The translations under genes were made by a program, and so were the position numbers. The notes under the pieces were generated by a model that saw only the letters and a program-made list of their open reading frames with translations, was not told where the DNA came from and searched no databases. 64,000 nucleotides of DNA from Sedimentisphaerales bacterium (GTDB lineage Bacteria; Planctomycetota; Phycisphaerae; Sedimentisphaerales; SM23-30), in NCBI GenBank assembly GCA_963663965.2, contig CAXXFK010000006.1, positions 96,001 through 160,000 on the forward strand, in the 5' to 3' direction. Positions within the stretch are counted from its first letter, which is position 1. The number at the start of each line of letters is the position of its first letter. Shown here one piece after another: positions 19,982 to 29,697 of the stretch.

Positions 19982-20833
19982 TTACGGCAGCAGTCCTTGA
20001 CGACTGGTGTCCCAAAGCAGGTTATAACGGCGAAGCGAAATATTGAAAGGGGGTGGAGCGTTGTCTTGATCCCAAACTTTTTCTGGCGGTAGAAAATCGG
20101 AATGGCCGTCGAAATATGCCAGAGAAGCGGTTCCGGCGTGGCGGTAACAGGTCATGCCTATATTGCCACGGGTAATGCTTTCGCCGCCCGGATTACCACT
20201 GATTAAGCCATTCCAATAATCTGGATTGGATCTTACGTATTTAGCCTGATAGTAATTACTGTCGATAAACATCATGACGCTGGCGGGCTGTTTGATCGAA
20301 CTGGCTCGATGCCCGTAAAAAGTACCCCGGGGCCACCAGGTGGCATCGTCGTTCAGGTTGCCGTTGCCACGCCATTGTTCGGTATTCAGGCCATAGCTCT
20401 GAACCACTTTCCAGCCTTCTTTACTCAGAATGTCGGCGGTATATTCATCGAGATCCCTGATTTTCTGGGCCGGGCAGCGCAGTTCATCGGGATACAAAAA
20501 CGCATCGTTCCAACCGCCATCTTCAATTTTGACACGACTGGAAACCGATATAATTTTACGGTATTCGAGGTTTTCGCACCAGCGTTCATCCCAGGTTTTA
20601 GAGGGACGAGGTTGAGAAAAGGGCACAAAATAGTCGTTGTTGTTGGCTGAGTAAGCGATGTTGGCCATGCCGTAGGATTTCAACAGAGCCAGACAGGCCA
20701 CACGCCGGGCGGATTCCCTGGCTTTACCCAGGGCCGGCATCAGGATCGCCACCAGCAACGCAATGATTGAGATTACCACCAGCAATTCAATTAAGGTAAA
20801 ACCGCGTTTCAGCCTGTCATCAGACACTGGCAT
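19982..20833 (-). CDS. Prepilin-type N-terminal cleavage/methylation protein with H-X9-DG motif (DUF1559-like)
   Basis: [46 protein letters not shown]. Confidence 0.92.
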   Translation of the reverse strand: MPVSDDRLKRGFTLIELLVVISIIALLVAILMPALGKARESARRVACLALLKSYGMANIAYSANNNDYFVPFSQPRPSKTWDERWCENLEYRKIISVSSRVKIEDGGWNDAFLYPDELRCPAQKIRDLDEYTADILSKEGWKVVQSYGLNTEQWRGNGNLNDDATWWPRGTFYGHRASSIKQPASVMMFIDSNYYQAKYVRSNPDYWNGLISGNPGGESITRGNIGMTCYRHAGTASLAYFDGHSDFLPPEKVWDQDNAPPPFNISLRRYNLLWDTSRQGLLP

Positions 20834-20986
20834 AAGAACACTCCCTATTTATTAGCGGATATTCCTGGATAACATAGGGAAGCCAGATGAGCCATTGACG
20901 CTCAAAAAGCCCCCTTTGACTTGTTTGAAATTCAAACAAGCTACACATTTTCTCTTTTTCGGGTGAAAGGAATTAATTTAATAAAA

Positions 20987-21853
20987 TCAGTTTCTACTTT
21001 TTTTTCGCAGTAGCACGCTGCCGCCCAACGCCAGTAATGTCAATGTTGCCGGTTCGGGTACAACACTTACTGTCAACGGGGTGGCCGTATTATTATAAAG
21101 CGCAGCGACACCATCGGCGTCGAGATAGCAATCTCCCCAGATGGCGACGTCGTCCAGAGCGCCCATAAAGAAATCTTTATCAGGCCAGGTCTGACCACCA
21201 ATCTTGAAAACGGCGGTATCCCAGCCATCTTTCCATATATCGTTTATTTCCTGATCCGCAATAGCGATGGAATTGCCCACGCCGTTGATATAGCGAGTCA
21301 GGTTTTCGCCATCGTAAGTCAGGGCAAAATGGTACCAGGTGTCCATGGGTCCGGTTGTTCCGATATCCAATTGGAATTCCGAAGTACCGTAGGGCCAGAA
21401 GTAGTCGTGTTTCCAACCGGGAACACCCAGTTCGATTTCATAATTCGGACAGGAGATCAGTCTTTGATAACCTGCACCGTCTCCAACATTCATTGCTACG
21501 CTGTCTTCATCCTGGCGGATCCAAGTAGACACGGACCAGTTGGCCCCCAGATACCTGAGAGAATCGCTTTTGAGTGCGGCGACATAATTGAAGTTCTGGC
21601 CGTTGGGTGTGCCAAAAAGCAGGGCGCCATTGTTCACTCCGGTCGTCCAGGCGGGCGAAGTAGTACCGCTTAGAGGGGATGGAGGATTGCCAGCCTCCGT
21701 GGCAGCGATCAGCTGGCCATGATTGCCATAGGCCGAAGCGTCATAGGCAATATCGCCCTGACCTTCGTCAAAGGCCCAGTAGGCGCGCAAATCGGCTTGA
21801 GCCGTTGTTCCAATTAAAAGAGCAGCCACCAATAATAACCATATCACTTTCAT
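20987..21853 (-). CDS. LamG-like jellyroll protein with PEP-CTERM sorting signal
   Basis: AYWAFDEG, WYHFALTYDG, GALDDVAIW; VPEPATLTLLALGGSVLLRKK. Confidence 0.92.
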   Translation of the reverse strand: MKVIWLLLVAALLIGTTAQADLRAYWAFDEGQGDIAYDASAYGNHGQLIAATEAGNPPSPLSGTTSPAWTTGVNNGALLFGTPNGQNFNYVAALKSDSLRYLGANWSVSTWIRQDEDSVAMNVGDGAGYQRLISCPNYEIELGVPGWKHDYFWPYGTSEFQLDIGTTGPMDTWYHFALTYDGENLTRYINGVGNSIAIADQEINDIWKDGWDTAVFKIGGQTWPDKDFFMGALDDVAIWGDCYLDADGVAALYNNTATPLTVSVVPEPATLTLLALGGSVLLRKKSRN

Positions 21854-21923
21854 CTTGTTAACCTCCGTACAAAAGAGTTAAGAGTACCCCCGGACACACA
21901 CCGGGGATCCTTCATATTGTCCG

Positions 21924-24857
21924 TTACGGGCAAATCGCCGGATCGTTACAGGTCAGCCAATGCGCTGCAAGCAACAGGAGATCATCCAGGTCGACTGAAC
22001 AGTCATTATTCAGGTCGGTGCTAATCGTTAAACCGGAGATTTCCATCTGTTGTTGACAGGTATAAGGCCCGACTGGAGTTCTGGGTTCTTTACTGAGGTA
22101 AATTTCTTCAAAAGTGGGGTAAAGTACGGCGGGATCGTCGCAGCGGGCGCTGACATAGAAATAATTTCCTGCCATGGTCGCGTCGGCGGTAAAACTGGTT
22201 TCCGCTGACAGCCAAGGAGTATATGGGCTATTGTTGTAATCGGGATTGCCTACCAGGGGACCGACTATGGGAGCTTTGAGCGACGCAATCAAGTTCCCGG
22301 CGAGAGGTTTGTTTTGCCTCGAGGTCAGCCAATAGATATCTACTACCATATTAGGATCTTTAGCGGGCCAACTAGTGCCCGATACATATTGTGAGCCATT
22401 AATACAGGCAAGGAAATCAAGATAGTAAGTCTGTCCGTTCTGGATGGTTTCGCCGGTTATTTTCTGTTCGATTTTATTGGTAAACCAGGCGGAAATCCTG
22501 CCGGTAGCCGGTTGCGGGGCGGGCGCCCAGAGCATACATTGCAAGCCGAAATAATAAGCGGCATTGGAACTGGTGTCCCAGCCGGGAATATTGTTCATAG
22601 TGAAATGGTTGACATAGGAGAACAGGTCGAGCCAGCCATCATTGTTATTGGTGCCCATCGACAGCGAACTATAATCTTCGAAATCACCATTGACCAGCAG
22701 ATTGTTTCTGCGACAGGCAGATGGTTGACTGATCGTTATAGACGCTTTACCAATCACGCCATATCCAGCAGCGGTAGAGTCCGGGAATGGGTTGGGGCCG
22801 AACTCGAAACGTAATCGTAGAAACCTGCCATGGGCATCCGCATCGGCGGTAAATTCGGTTGATATTTCGCGCCAGACCAAGTATTCCGGCATGATGTATT
22901 CAGAGCTGGCGACCGGAACTACGATGCCTGGATTATCGGGATCATCTACATATTCCAGGATCATTGTCAGCATACTCAGGTACGCACCACCGGTCCCGGC
23001 AATCATTGCCGAACAGTTGTAGGTTTTTCCATTTTCGATTGGTGTCGCGGTGACGGTCTGCTGTAAATCAGTCGTGGCATCGATATAAGCGGCAACCGAC
23101 CCGCCGGCGGGTTGACTGGCTTGGTTAGCGGCAGCGCCAGATTGACTGACATTCTGGATGCCGGCAACCGCCGGGTCGTCAGTTGGCGGAACGAACTGCC
23201 ACCCGAAGGGCGTCATTCCGGTGAAATCGCCATTGCCGGGGACCTGATCGAGATTATAGTAAAAATCGGGATTGATCAGCAATTCTCCATTTTTGATATC
23301 CGGTTCCGGTGGAAAGATTGTCTGCCATTGTTCAGAGAGCAGGGTATAATCGTTTAATTCAACCTGACAATCGTTATTCAGATCACCCGTCAGACCGCTA
23401 TTGCCAAAATTATAGTCAATACGGGCCTGGCAGGTCATGAAGGCTACCGGGTCAATTCGGACAAAATCGAAATAGCCAAAGGATTCCCCGCGTCCCGGTC
23501 CGGTTCCCTGTTGGACATAACAAACCGCCTTGAATCTCTGGTTGTGGTCCGTCGCCGTTGAGGTATAGAGCGTGCTGACGTCAAACCAGGTTTTATTCGC
23601 GGTTATGTTTTTTTGTAGATCGGCAATCAGAACCTCATTGCCATAGGGAGATTCCAGGTCAACACGATAAAATTTAACTCCAACGATGTTGCCAATGGCA
23701 TTTTCTCCGCCGATCCGGGCTTTCAGTTCATACTGGATATCTGCAAAAGCGCGTCGGCCCAGGGCGACCTGTGATATCGTGTCGTCGATGGTGCAGTATC
23801 CGGCGTATTCAATATTTGTCGCATCGCCATCCCAGAGTCCGGCATTTGCCAGTCCCCAAAAATTGGGATCATTGTTATTGGGATCGGTGATCTGTTCATT
23901 GACCTGCCAGTTCCAGGAAGATTTTCCCTGGGCTTTTTCGTCAAAATCCAGGACAACCTGTCCATTGTTGTATCGAATAATGAACGAGGGATCCCAGAGG
24001 TAGGTGATGGGGCTATCATCTTCGACCGATATTTTGGTCCAGGGGCCGCTGAAATCACCACTCATGATCGTCTGGATTTGAGTTTGGGATAGCGCCTGGT
24101 TAAAGATGGCGACATCATCCAGTGCGCCGATAAAGTAATCTTTGGCTTGATCGGTTTGACGCGCCAACCGTAAATATTCCCAGTTATCCCAGGTGGCAGG
24201 GAGAAATTCACTGGCGATTGGAGTTGAAAAGACGGGGCTACCATTAATGTATTTAATCAGATTAACGCCATCGTAAACCAGCGCCATATGGTACCATTGT
24301 TTTAATGACTGAGTTGCCCCGATGGCCTTATCAAACGTGCCGGTACTCCCATCTGGATAATAAGGCCAGAAATAGTCAGTCCGGTCATTAGCTGTTCCCA
24401 GTTCGATTTCATAAGCGGGACAGGAAATGACTCGCTGGTAACCGCCGCCTCCGCCAATGTTGATGGCCGGATCATTGACATATTGGTTGATCCATAACGT
24501 GATCGTCCAGCGGGTGCCCAGATTATTCAGGCTGTCAGATCTTCCGCTGATTAGATAGGCGTAATTCCAGTTCTGATTACTGGAGTCGGGCAGGGAGCCG
24601 TTCGACATGGTGCAAAATTCCAAAGCGGTACCATGACTACTGTGGGAAATCCATCTGGGCATAGTACTGGGAGCCGAAGAACCATTAACCAAACCATCTG
24701 GGGCGTTCCATAATCCAAAGTGGTTATTGAAACCGGACGCATCATAAGCCTCTGTTCCGCTACCTTCATCGAATTGCCAAAGCCCTACAAGGTCAGCTGA
24801 TGCCATGCTTGCGAAGTGTAAAAAAACAACGATCAGATAAACAATCACTTTTCTCAT
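21924..24857 (-). CDS. Secreted LamG + multiple beta-sandwich (CBM-like) + two dockerin-like domains
   Basis: GLWQFDEG, WYHMALVYDG, GALDDVAIF; LLINPDF and LLVNGDFE modules; GDLNNDCQVELND and DLNNDCSVDLDDL..HWL; start 24857 or 24890. Confidence 0.8.
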   Translation of the reverse strand: MRKVIVYLIVVFLHFASMASADLVGLWQFDEGSGTEAYDASGFNNHFGLWNAPDGLVNGSSAPSTMPRWISHSSHGTALEFCTMSNGSLPDSSNQNWNYAYLISGRSDSLNNLGTRWTITLWINQYVNDPAINIGGGGGYQRVISCPAYEIELGTANDRTDYFWPYYPDGSTGTFDKAIGATQSLKQWYHMALVYDGVNLIKYINGSPVFSTPIASEFLPATWDNWEYLRLARQTDQAKDYFIGALDDVAIFNQALSQTQIQTIMSGDFSGPWTKISVEDDSPITYLWDPSFIIRYNNGQVVLDFDEKAQGKSSWNWQVNEQITDPNNNDPNFWGLANAGLWDGDATNIEYAGYCTIDDTISQVALGRRAFADIQYELKARIGGENAIGNIVGVKFYRVDLESPYGNEVLIADLQKNITANKTWFDVSTLYTSTATDHNQRFKAVCYVQQGTGPGRGESFGYFDFVRIDPVAFMTCQARIDYNFGNSGLTGDLNNDCQVELNDYTLLSEQWQTIFPPEPDIKNGELLINPDFYYNLDQVPGNGDFTGMTPFGWQFVPPTDDPAVAGIQNVSQSGAAANQASQPAGGSVAAYIDATTDLQQTVTATPIENGKTYNCSAMIAGTGGAYLSMLTMILEYVDDPDNPGIVVPVASSEYIMPEYLVWREISTEFTADADAHGRFLRLRFEFGPNPFPDSTAAGYGVIGKASITISQPSACRRNNLLVNGDFEDYSSLSMGTNNNDGWLDLFSYVNHFTMNNIPGWDTSSNAAYYFGLQCMLWAPAPQPATGRISAWFTNKIEQKITGETIQNGQTYYLDFLACINGSQYVSGTSWPAKDPNMVVDIYWLTSRQNKPLAGNLIASLKAPIVGPLVGNPDYNNSPYTPWLSAETSFTADATMAGNYFYVSARCDDPAVLYPTFEEIYLSKEPRTPVGPYTCQQQMEISGLTISTDLNNDCSVDLDDLLLLAAHWLTCNDPAICP

Positions 24858-24890
24858 GGCAATATTCCCCAATAATTTTGCATTCAACAT

Positions 24891-25359
24891 GTCGACACAC
24901 TTACGCCTGAATAATATGGAACATACCAGCTATCTGGCCGAACTGTTTGCACAGGCCCTATTAACTATTAATAGCATAACTTTAAGTATATCTGCAAATA
25001 TCAGGAAATAAAATGGTTGAAACTCTTATTTTAAAAATTTTATGATGTAAAACGCAAATTTTGTTTGCAACCAGTTAAAAAGGGGAAAAAGCGATATCTG
25101 GACCATCGCAAATCTTTGTAACAAGAAAAAGAGCTAAAGAAAAAGTGGTGAAATAAATTAAAATCAACCATTTAAAACTGATGACAAAATGTTTAATACT
25201 CTCAAATAAGATTAAAAATAATGGATATAATGTGTGTTACTCTTATTTTGATGTCATATCATATGCGTGGCCATCTATATTATTTTAGATTTTTTTCTTG
25301 CTAATCTTGCTTTAAATGGTGATATTGGAATTTATTGACAATTGAATTAACGATAGAAC
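24891..25359. promoter_or_regulatory. AT-rich divergent promoter region
   Basis: Non-coding AT-rich gap between the divergent LamG and AraC genes, with short repeats. Confidence 0.55.
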
Positions 25360-26298
25360 ATGGGATTGGACATGGGTAAAAGTCTTCAATACTATGCGGA
25401 CAATCTGATCGTTTCGCCTAAATCCGAACGTCGTCAGTTGCATTTAAATCATATCGATGCCAAACTAATCAAGGATCGGGACATCATATTAGCGGCATTA
25501 TGCCATTTGAAAGAGGAATGCGAGGTCTATCGTAAGAAACCCGAGGTTCATGTGATAATCTTTTCGCTGGCAGGTAAAGCGACGTTATTTATCGCGGATT
25601 CCCCCAAACGAGGTATTCCTATTGAACCTGAAACCGTAATTATTTTGCCTGCCGGTCATCCACACAAATATGTCATGGAGGAGGCCGAATGGAAAGCGAT
25701 CTGGTTTTACTTGGTTGACAGTAATATCTGGCGACATATACGGGAGAGCAAACCGCATATCCGGGCCTCACTGACTCAAAACGAGATTCGGGCCGCAATG
25801 GAGGGGTTTCTGGCTGAAACTCTTCGTAACGATAACCGGGCCCGCCAGGCCATCCGACACTATGCCGATCTGATCGTTTTGAACCTGGATCGGGAACTGG
25901 AGATGGAGGAAAATCCCGGCCGACAGGAAATGAAGCAGAGGCTGTACCGGTTATGGGACGTTGTCAACGCCAATCTGTCACATAATTGGACGGTCATGGA
26001 AATGGCAGAACAGGTGGGTATTTCCCCGCAGCATTTTTATAAAATCAGCGCACGGTTTTCTGGATTTACCCCGGTAGAAATGGTAACGCGCTTGAGAATG
26101 CAGCAGGCGCAAGAGTATTTAATCAGTACAGACTATATGATCAAATCGATAGCCAGGTTGCTGGGCTACTCCGATTCTTTCAGTTTTTCCGCAGCGTTTA
26201 AACGTTATAGCGGATGCAGTCCCAGGAAATTCCGGGATAAACATCTGAATCAATACGCCCAGAAATCCAGAGAAGAAAGTGAAGATGGTTGGTATTAA
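25360..26298 (+). CDS. AraC-family transcriptional regulator
   Basis: C-terminal WTVMEMA..RMQQAQEYL..IARLLGYSDSFSFSAAFKRYSGCSP; N-terminal cupin. Confidence 0.92.
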   Translation: MGLDMGKSLQYYADNLIVSPKSERRQLHLNHIDAKLIKDRDIILAALCHLKEECEVYRKKPEVHVIIFSLAGKATLFIADSPKRGIPIEPETVIILPAGHPHKYVMEEAEWKAIWFYLVDSNIWRHIRESKPHIRASLTQNEIRAAMEGFLAETLRNDNRARQAIRHYADLIVLNLDRELEMEENPGRQEMKQRLYRLWDVVNANLSHNWTVMEMAEQVGISPQHFYKISARFSGFTPVEMVTRLRMQQAQEYLISTDYMIKSIARLLGYSDSFSFSAAFKRYSGCSPRKFRDKHLNQYAQKSREESEDGWY

Positions 26299-26327
26299 GT
26301 TAAATGTAGTTATTGAAAGGGTCTCAC

Positions 26328-28418
26328 ATGAAATCGAGTAATATTTGGTTATGTACCGGAATCGCAATATTTTTGGGCCTTACTGGATGTATGGCATCGG
26401 AATCAGATGTGGAACAGGCGGCGGGGAGTCATCCCACGACACATTCCCTCGAGCCAGTTTGCCAATTGACTTATCTCGATCTTATCAATCGGCTAGGCGA
26501 TCTGGAACGCCTGGCATTATTGCCACAAGAAGGCGAAGTATGTCGGCAGTGGTCTAGCTATGATCGATCCAGCCGATATGATGAAAGTTCTGGAAAGTAT
26601 GTCAACTGGGAGGCTAATAGTGACGGATTTGGCGGGAAGGGTTGGATTCGCAAAGAAAACGACAAACTGGTTCTGGCTGAGATGGAAGGGCCGGGATGTA
26701 TCTGGCGCATCTGGTCAGCTACCCCGCGAAACGGGCATGTAAGGATATATCTGGATGGCCAGTCTGAACCGGTGGTTGATCTGCCTTTTTTAGATTATTT
26801 CGACGGCAAGGTTAAACCGTTCGATCGTTCGGCACTGGTTCATATTCTTGCCAGCGGAAAAAACAATTATACCCCGATTCCTTTTCAGAAATCCTGTAAG
26901 ATTGTTGCAGACAGTGATTATGGCGAGTTTCATCATTTTACCTATACGCTGTATCCCAAGGGCACGCAGGTGCCAACGTTTTCAATGTCTCTTTCGCCGG
27001 ATGAAGCAAAAGCATTGGATGATATGAACGAATTTCTGGTCAATTGCGGGGCCAATGCTATTAAAGTTTATCCTGACCAACAAACCGAGTGGTTTGCTGT
27101 GACCTTATGGCCGGGACAATCGGAAGTATTCGAGCTTGAAGGAAAGCGAGCAATAACTTCGTGCGTTGTTGACATTAAGCTTCCTGACGATATTGAAGAG
27201 CAGCGTCGCATTTTGCGCGAATTGGCAGTGGCTGCCTATTGGGACTACGAATCAAATCCCAGTGTCTGGAGTCCCTTAGGAGATTTTTTCGGAACGGGAC
27301 CGGGTTATAATCCATATCGATCATTGCCGTTGGGGATGACAAAGGAAGGATTCTATGCCAATTGGTATATGCCATTCGAGCAGCATGCCAGGTTGGAGAT
27401 AATCAACGACGGCGATCAGTCTCAAACCGTGACGATTGAGCTGACCCACGCGTCGCATACCCTGGAGGCGGGTACTTACGGCAAATTTCACGCCAAGTGG
27501 CATCGAGACACCTTTTTGCCAGTTGAGCCGGAGCGCTGGATCGACTGGACAATGCTGAAAACCAGCGGCCGGGGACGATTTTGTGGCGTTCAGTTAGAGA
27601 TATGGAATCCGCGTGGGGGATGGTGGGGCGAAGGTGATGAAAAGTTTTTTGTGGATGGCGAAAAATTTCCTTCCATGTTTGGCACCGGCTCGGAAGATTA
27701 TTTCGGATATGCCTGGAGCGATCCCAAATTATTTGAAAACTGTTATCATAATCAGCCTATCAGTGAGGGGAATAAAGGGCATGTCTCGGTGAATCGCTGG
27801 CATATTGTCGATAATGTGCCGTTTCAGCATTCATTTGAGGGTACAATTGAAAAATTTTATAAAAACTCGCGACCGACACAATACGCCTGTATCGCGTACT
27901 GGTATCAGGCCGGAGGTCAGGATCCATACGAGGTTATGCCGCTTAATGAGAGAGTGGATTTCTACGCGCCATTGACTTATCCGATGACGATTGAAGATAT
28001 TGTCATTCTGGAAAAGCCAGAAGGTACTATCGAAGAACAGCACATGGGCAGTTTCAAAGCGGATAAATGGCGGGGAGACCGTCAGGTGTGGTGGATTGGT
28101 GAACAAGGCGCGCAGTTGAAGATTGGATTGGATATCGCGACAACCGGGCGTTATGAAATTAAAACGCGCCTAACCCAGGCGGCTGATTACGGTATTATCC
28201 AGTTTAACCTGGATGGCCAGAATGTGCTTAAACCGATGGATATGTATTTTGCCGATGGCGTCAAGGCGACCCAGGCGATTACGCTGGGAGATTTTGATCT
28301 TAATAAAGGACGGCATGTCCTGACTGTGGAAATTGTTGGCAGCAATCCGCAAGCGATTAAACGGTATATGGTGGGCATCGATTATATCGACGTTAAACTA
28401 TTGTCCAGGAAGCAGTAA
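26328..28418 (+). CDS. GH172 (DUF2961) glycoside hydrolase, lipoprotein, with C-terminal CBM-like domain
   Basis: SSYDR, GPGCIWRIW, PLGDFFG, WWGEGDEKFFVDGE..FGTGSEDYFGYAW; LTGC lipobox. Confidence 0.88.
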   Translation: MKSSNIWLCTGIAIFLGLTGCMASESDVEQAAGSHPTTHSLEPVCQLTYLDLINRLGDLERLALLPQEGEVCRQWSSYDRSSRYDESSGKYVNWEANSDGFGGKGWIRKENDKLVLAEMEGPGCIWRIWSATPRNGHVRIYLDGQSEPVVDLPFLDYFDGKVKPFDRSALVHILASGKNNYTPIPFQKSCKIVADSDYGEFHHFTYTLYPKGTQVPTFSMSLSPDEAKALDDMNEFLVNCGANAIKVYPDQQTEWFAVTLWPGQSEVFELEGKRAITSCVVDIKLPDDIEEQRRILRELAVAAYWDYESNPSVWSPLGDFFGTGPGYNPYRSLPLGMTKEGFYANWYMPFEQHARLEIINDGDQSQTVTIELTHASHTLEAGTYGKFHAKWHRDTFLPVEPERWIDWTMLKTSGRGRFCGVQLEIWNPRGGWWGEGDEKFFVDGEKFPSMFGTGSEDYFGYAWSDPKLFENCYHNQPISEGNKGHVSVNRWHIVDNVPFQHSFEGTIEKFYKNSRPTQYACIAYWYQAGGQDPYEVMPLNERVDFYAPLTYPMTIEDIVILEKPEGTIEEQHMGSFKADKWRGDRQVWWIGEQGAQLKIGLDIATTGRYEIKTRLTQAADYGIIQFNLDGQNVLKPMDMYFADGVKATQAITLGDFDLNKGRHVLTVEIVGSNPQAIKRYMVGIDYIDVKLLSRKQ

Positions 28419-28540
28419 TTGCGCGTACCAAAAGGATAGCCCTTGGACTCGTTCACGATTAATCGCCGTCAGTTGCTGAGCGCTTTTGCTGCTGCCGGCG
28501 AAATAAAAGAGGGACTTACAATTAATACCGGAATTGAGAC

Positions 28541-29635
28541 GTGACCGATCAAAAAACACTTTGTGTTATAGGAGCCGGTAACGGTGGTTGTGCCCTGGCC
28601 GGGGATATGACCCTGGCCGGCCATCGATGCCGGTTGTTTGAATTTTCGGATTATGCCGCTAATATCAATCCGATTATTCAAAACGGCGGTATCGAAGTAA
28701 CCGGTATTGCCCGGACCGGATTTGCCCGGCTGGAGTTGGCCACGGCGGATCTGGCAGAGGCGGTACGGGGTAGTGATGTGATCATGGTAACAACCCAGGC
28801 TCTGGCTCATGAGCGATTCGCCCGGGAGGTCGCTCCTTATCTGACTGCCGGGCAGACAGTCATTCTCTGGCCCGGCAGTGGCGGGACGCTGGCCGTTCGT
28901 AAGCGATGGGATGATATGGGAATGGATACTCCGGTGGTACTGGCTGAAGCTGTGACATTTCCCTACTGCTGTCGATGCCTTGGGGGGCCGGGAACAGTGA
29001 ATATTCACCGGGAGGACGGTCCGAATATGCTTTTAGCTGCATTGCCGGCAAGTGATACTGTCAAGGCGATAGTAGCCTTACAGGGCACCTACGCGAATGT
29101 GGTAAAACCGGCCAGAAGTATATTGGAACCCGCATTATATAATGTGAATATTATCGTCCATCCCGTTGGCGCGCTGTTGAATATGGGGCGGATCGAATAT
29201 GCCAACGGTGAATTTTATATGTACAAAGAGGGCATCACCCCCTCTGTAAAAAAAGTCGTTCATGCCATGGACCGGGAACGCAGCGAATTATTTACCTGGT
29301 TAGGTTATTCTCCTTATACCTACGATCAGATTTTCGCGGACTGTTTCAATATGACATTTCCGGAATTCGCGAAGAGTTCGAGCAAGGGACCGTTCAGCAT
29401 GCAGGATCGGTATGTCACAGAAGACATTCCAATGGGGACCACCCTGTCGTTATCTCTGGGGAAAAATTTTGGCGTGTCCATGCCCACTTACGAATGTATT
29501 ATCCACCTGGCATCGCTGGTGAATGAAACGGATTATTACGCGAAAGGCCGCAATCTGACAAATCTGGGATTTGATCGTTATAACAAAGATCAATTTGAGC
29601 AGTATCTGCAAACCGGAATCAAGGCGACAATTTAG
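28541..29635 (+). CDS. NAD/NADP octopine/nopaline (opine) dehydrogenase family protein
   Basis: VIGAGNGG Rossmann motif, LWPGSGG, NVNIIVHP, LLNMGRIE, MDRER, RYVTEDIPMG. Confidence 0.9.
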   Translation: MTDQKTLCVIGAGNGGCALAGDMTLAGHRCRLFEFSDYAANINPIIQNGGIEVTGIARTGFARLELATADLAEAVRGSDVIMVTTQALAHERFAREVAPYLTAGQTVILWPGSGGTLAVRKRWDDMGMDTPVVLAEAVTFPYCCRCLGGPGTVNIHREDGPNMLLAALPASDTVKAIVALQGTYANVVKPARSILEPALYNVNIIVHPVGALLNMGRIEYANGEFYMYKEGITPSVKKVVHAMDRERSELFTWLGYSPYTYDQIFADCFNMTFPEFAKSSSKGPFSMQDRYVTEDIPMGTTLSLSLGKNFGVSMPTYECIIHLASLVNETDYYAKGRNLTNLGFDRYNKDQFEQYLQTGIKATI

Positions 29636-29697
29636 CATTTGAGTAGTTATATTTGATATACCGTATTCGTCAGTTGGATACGGCAACAGGAATTTTC

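Noticed and set aside
20920..20940. Palindrome CTTGTTTGAA-A-TTCAAACAAG as a special element
   Set aside because: Single copy with 1-nt spacer between co-oriented genes; possibly an operator or weak terminator, no further support
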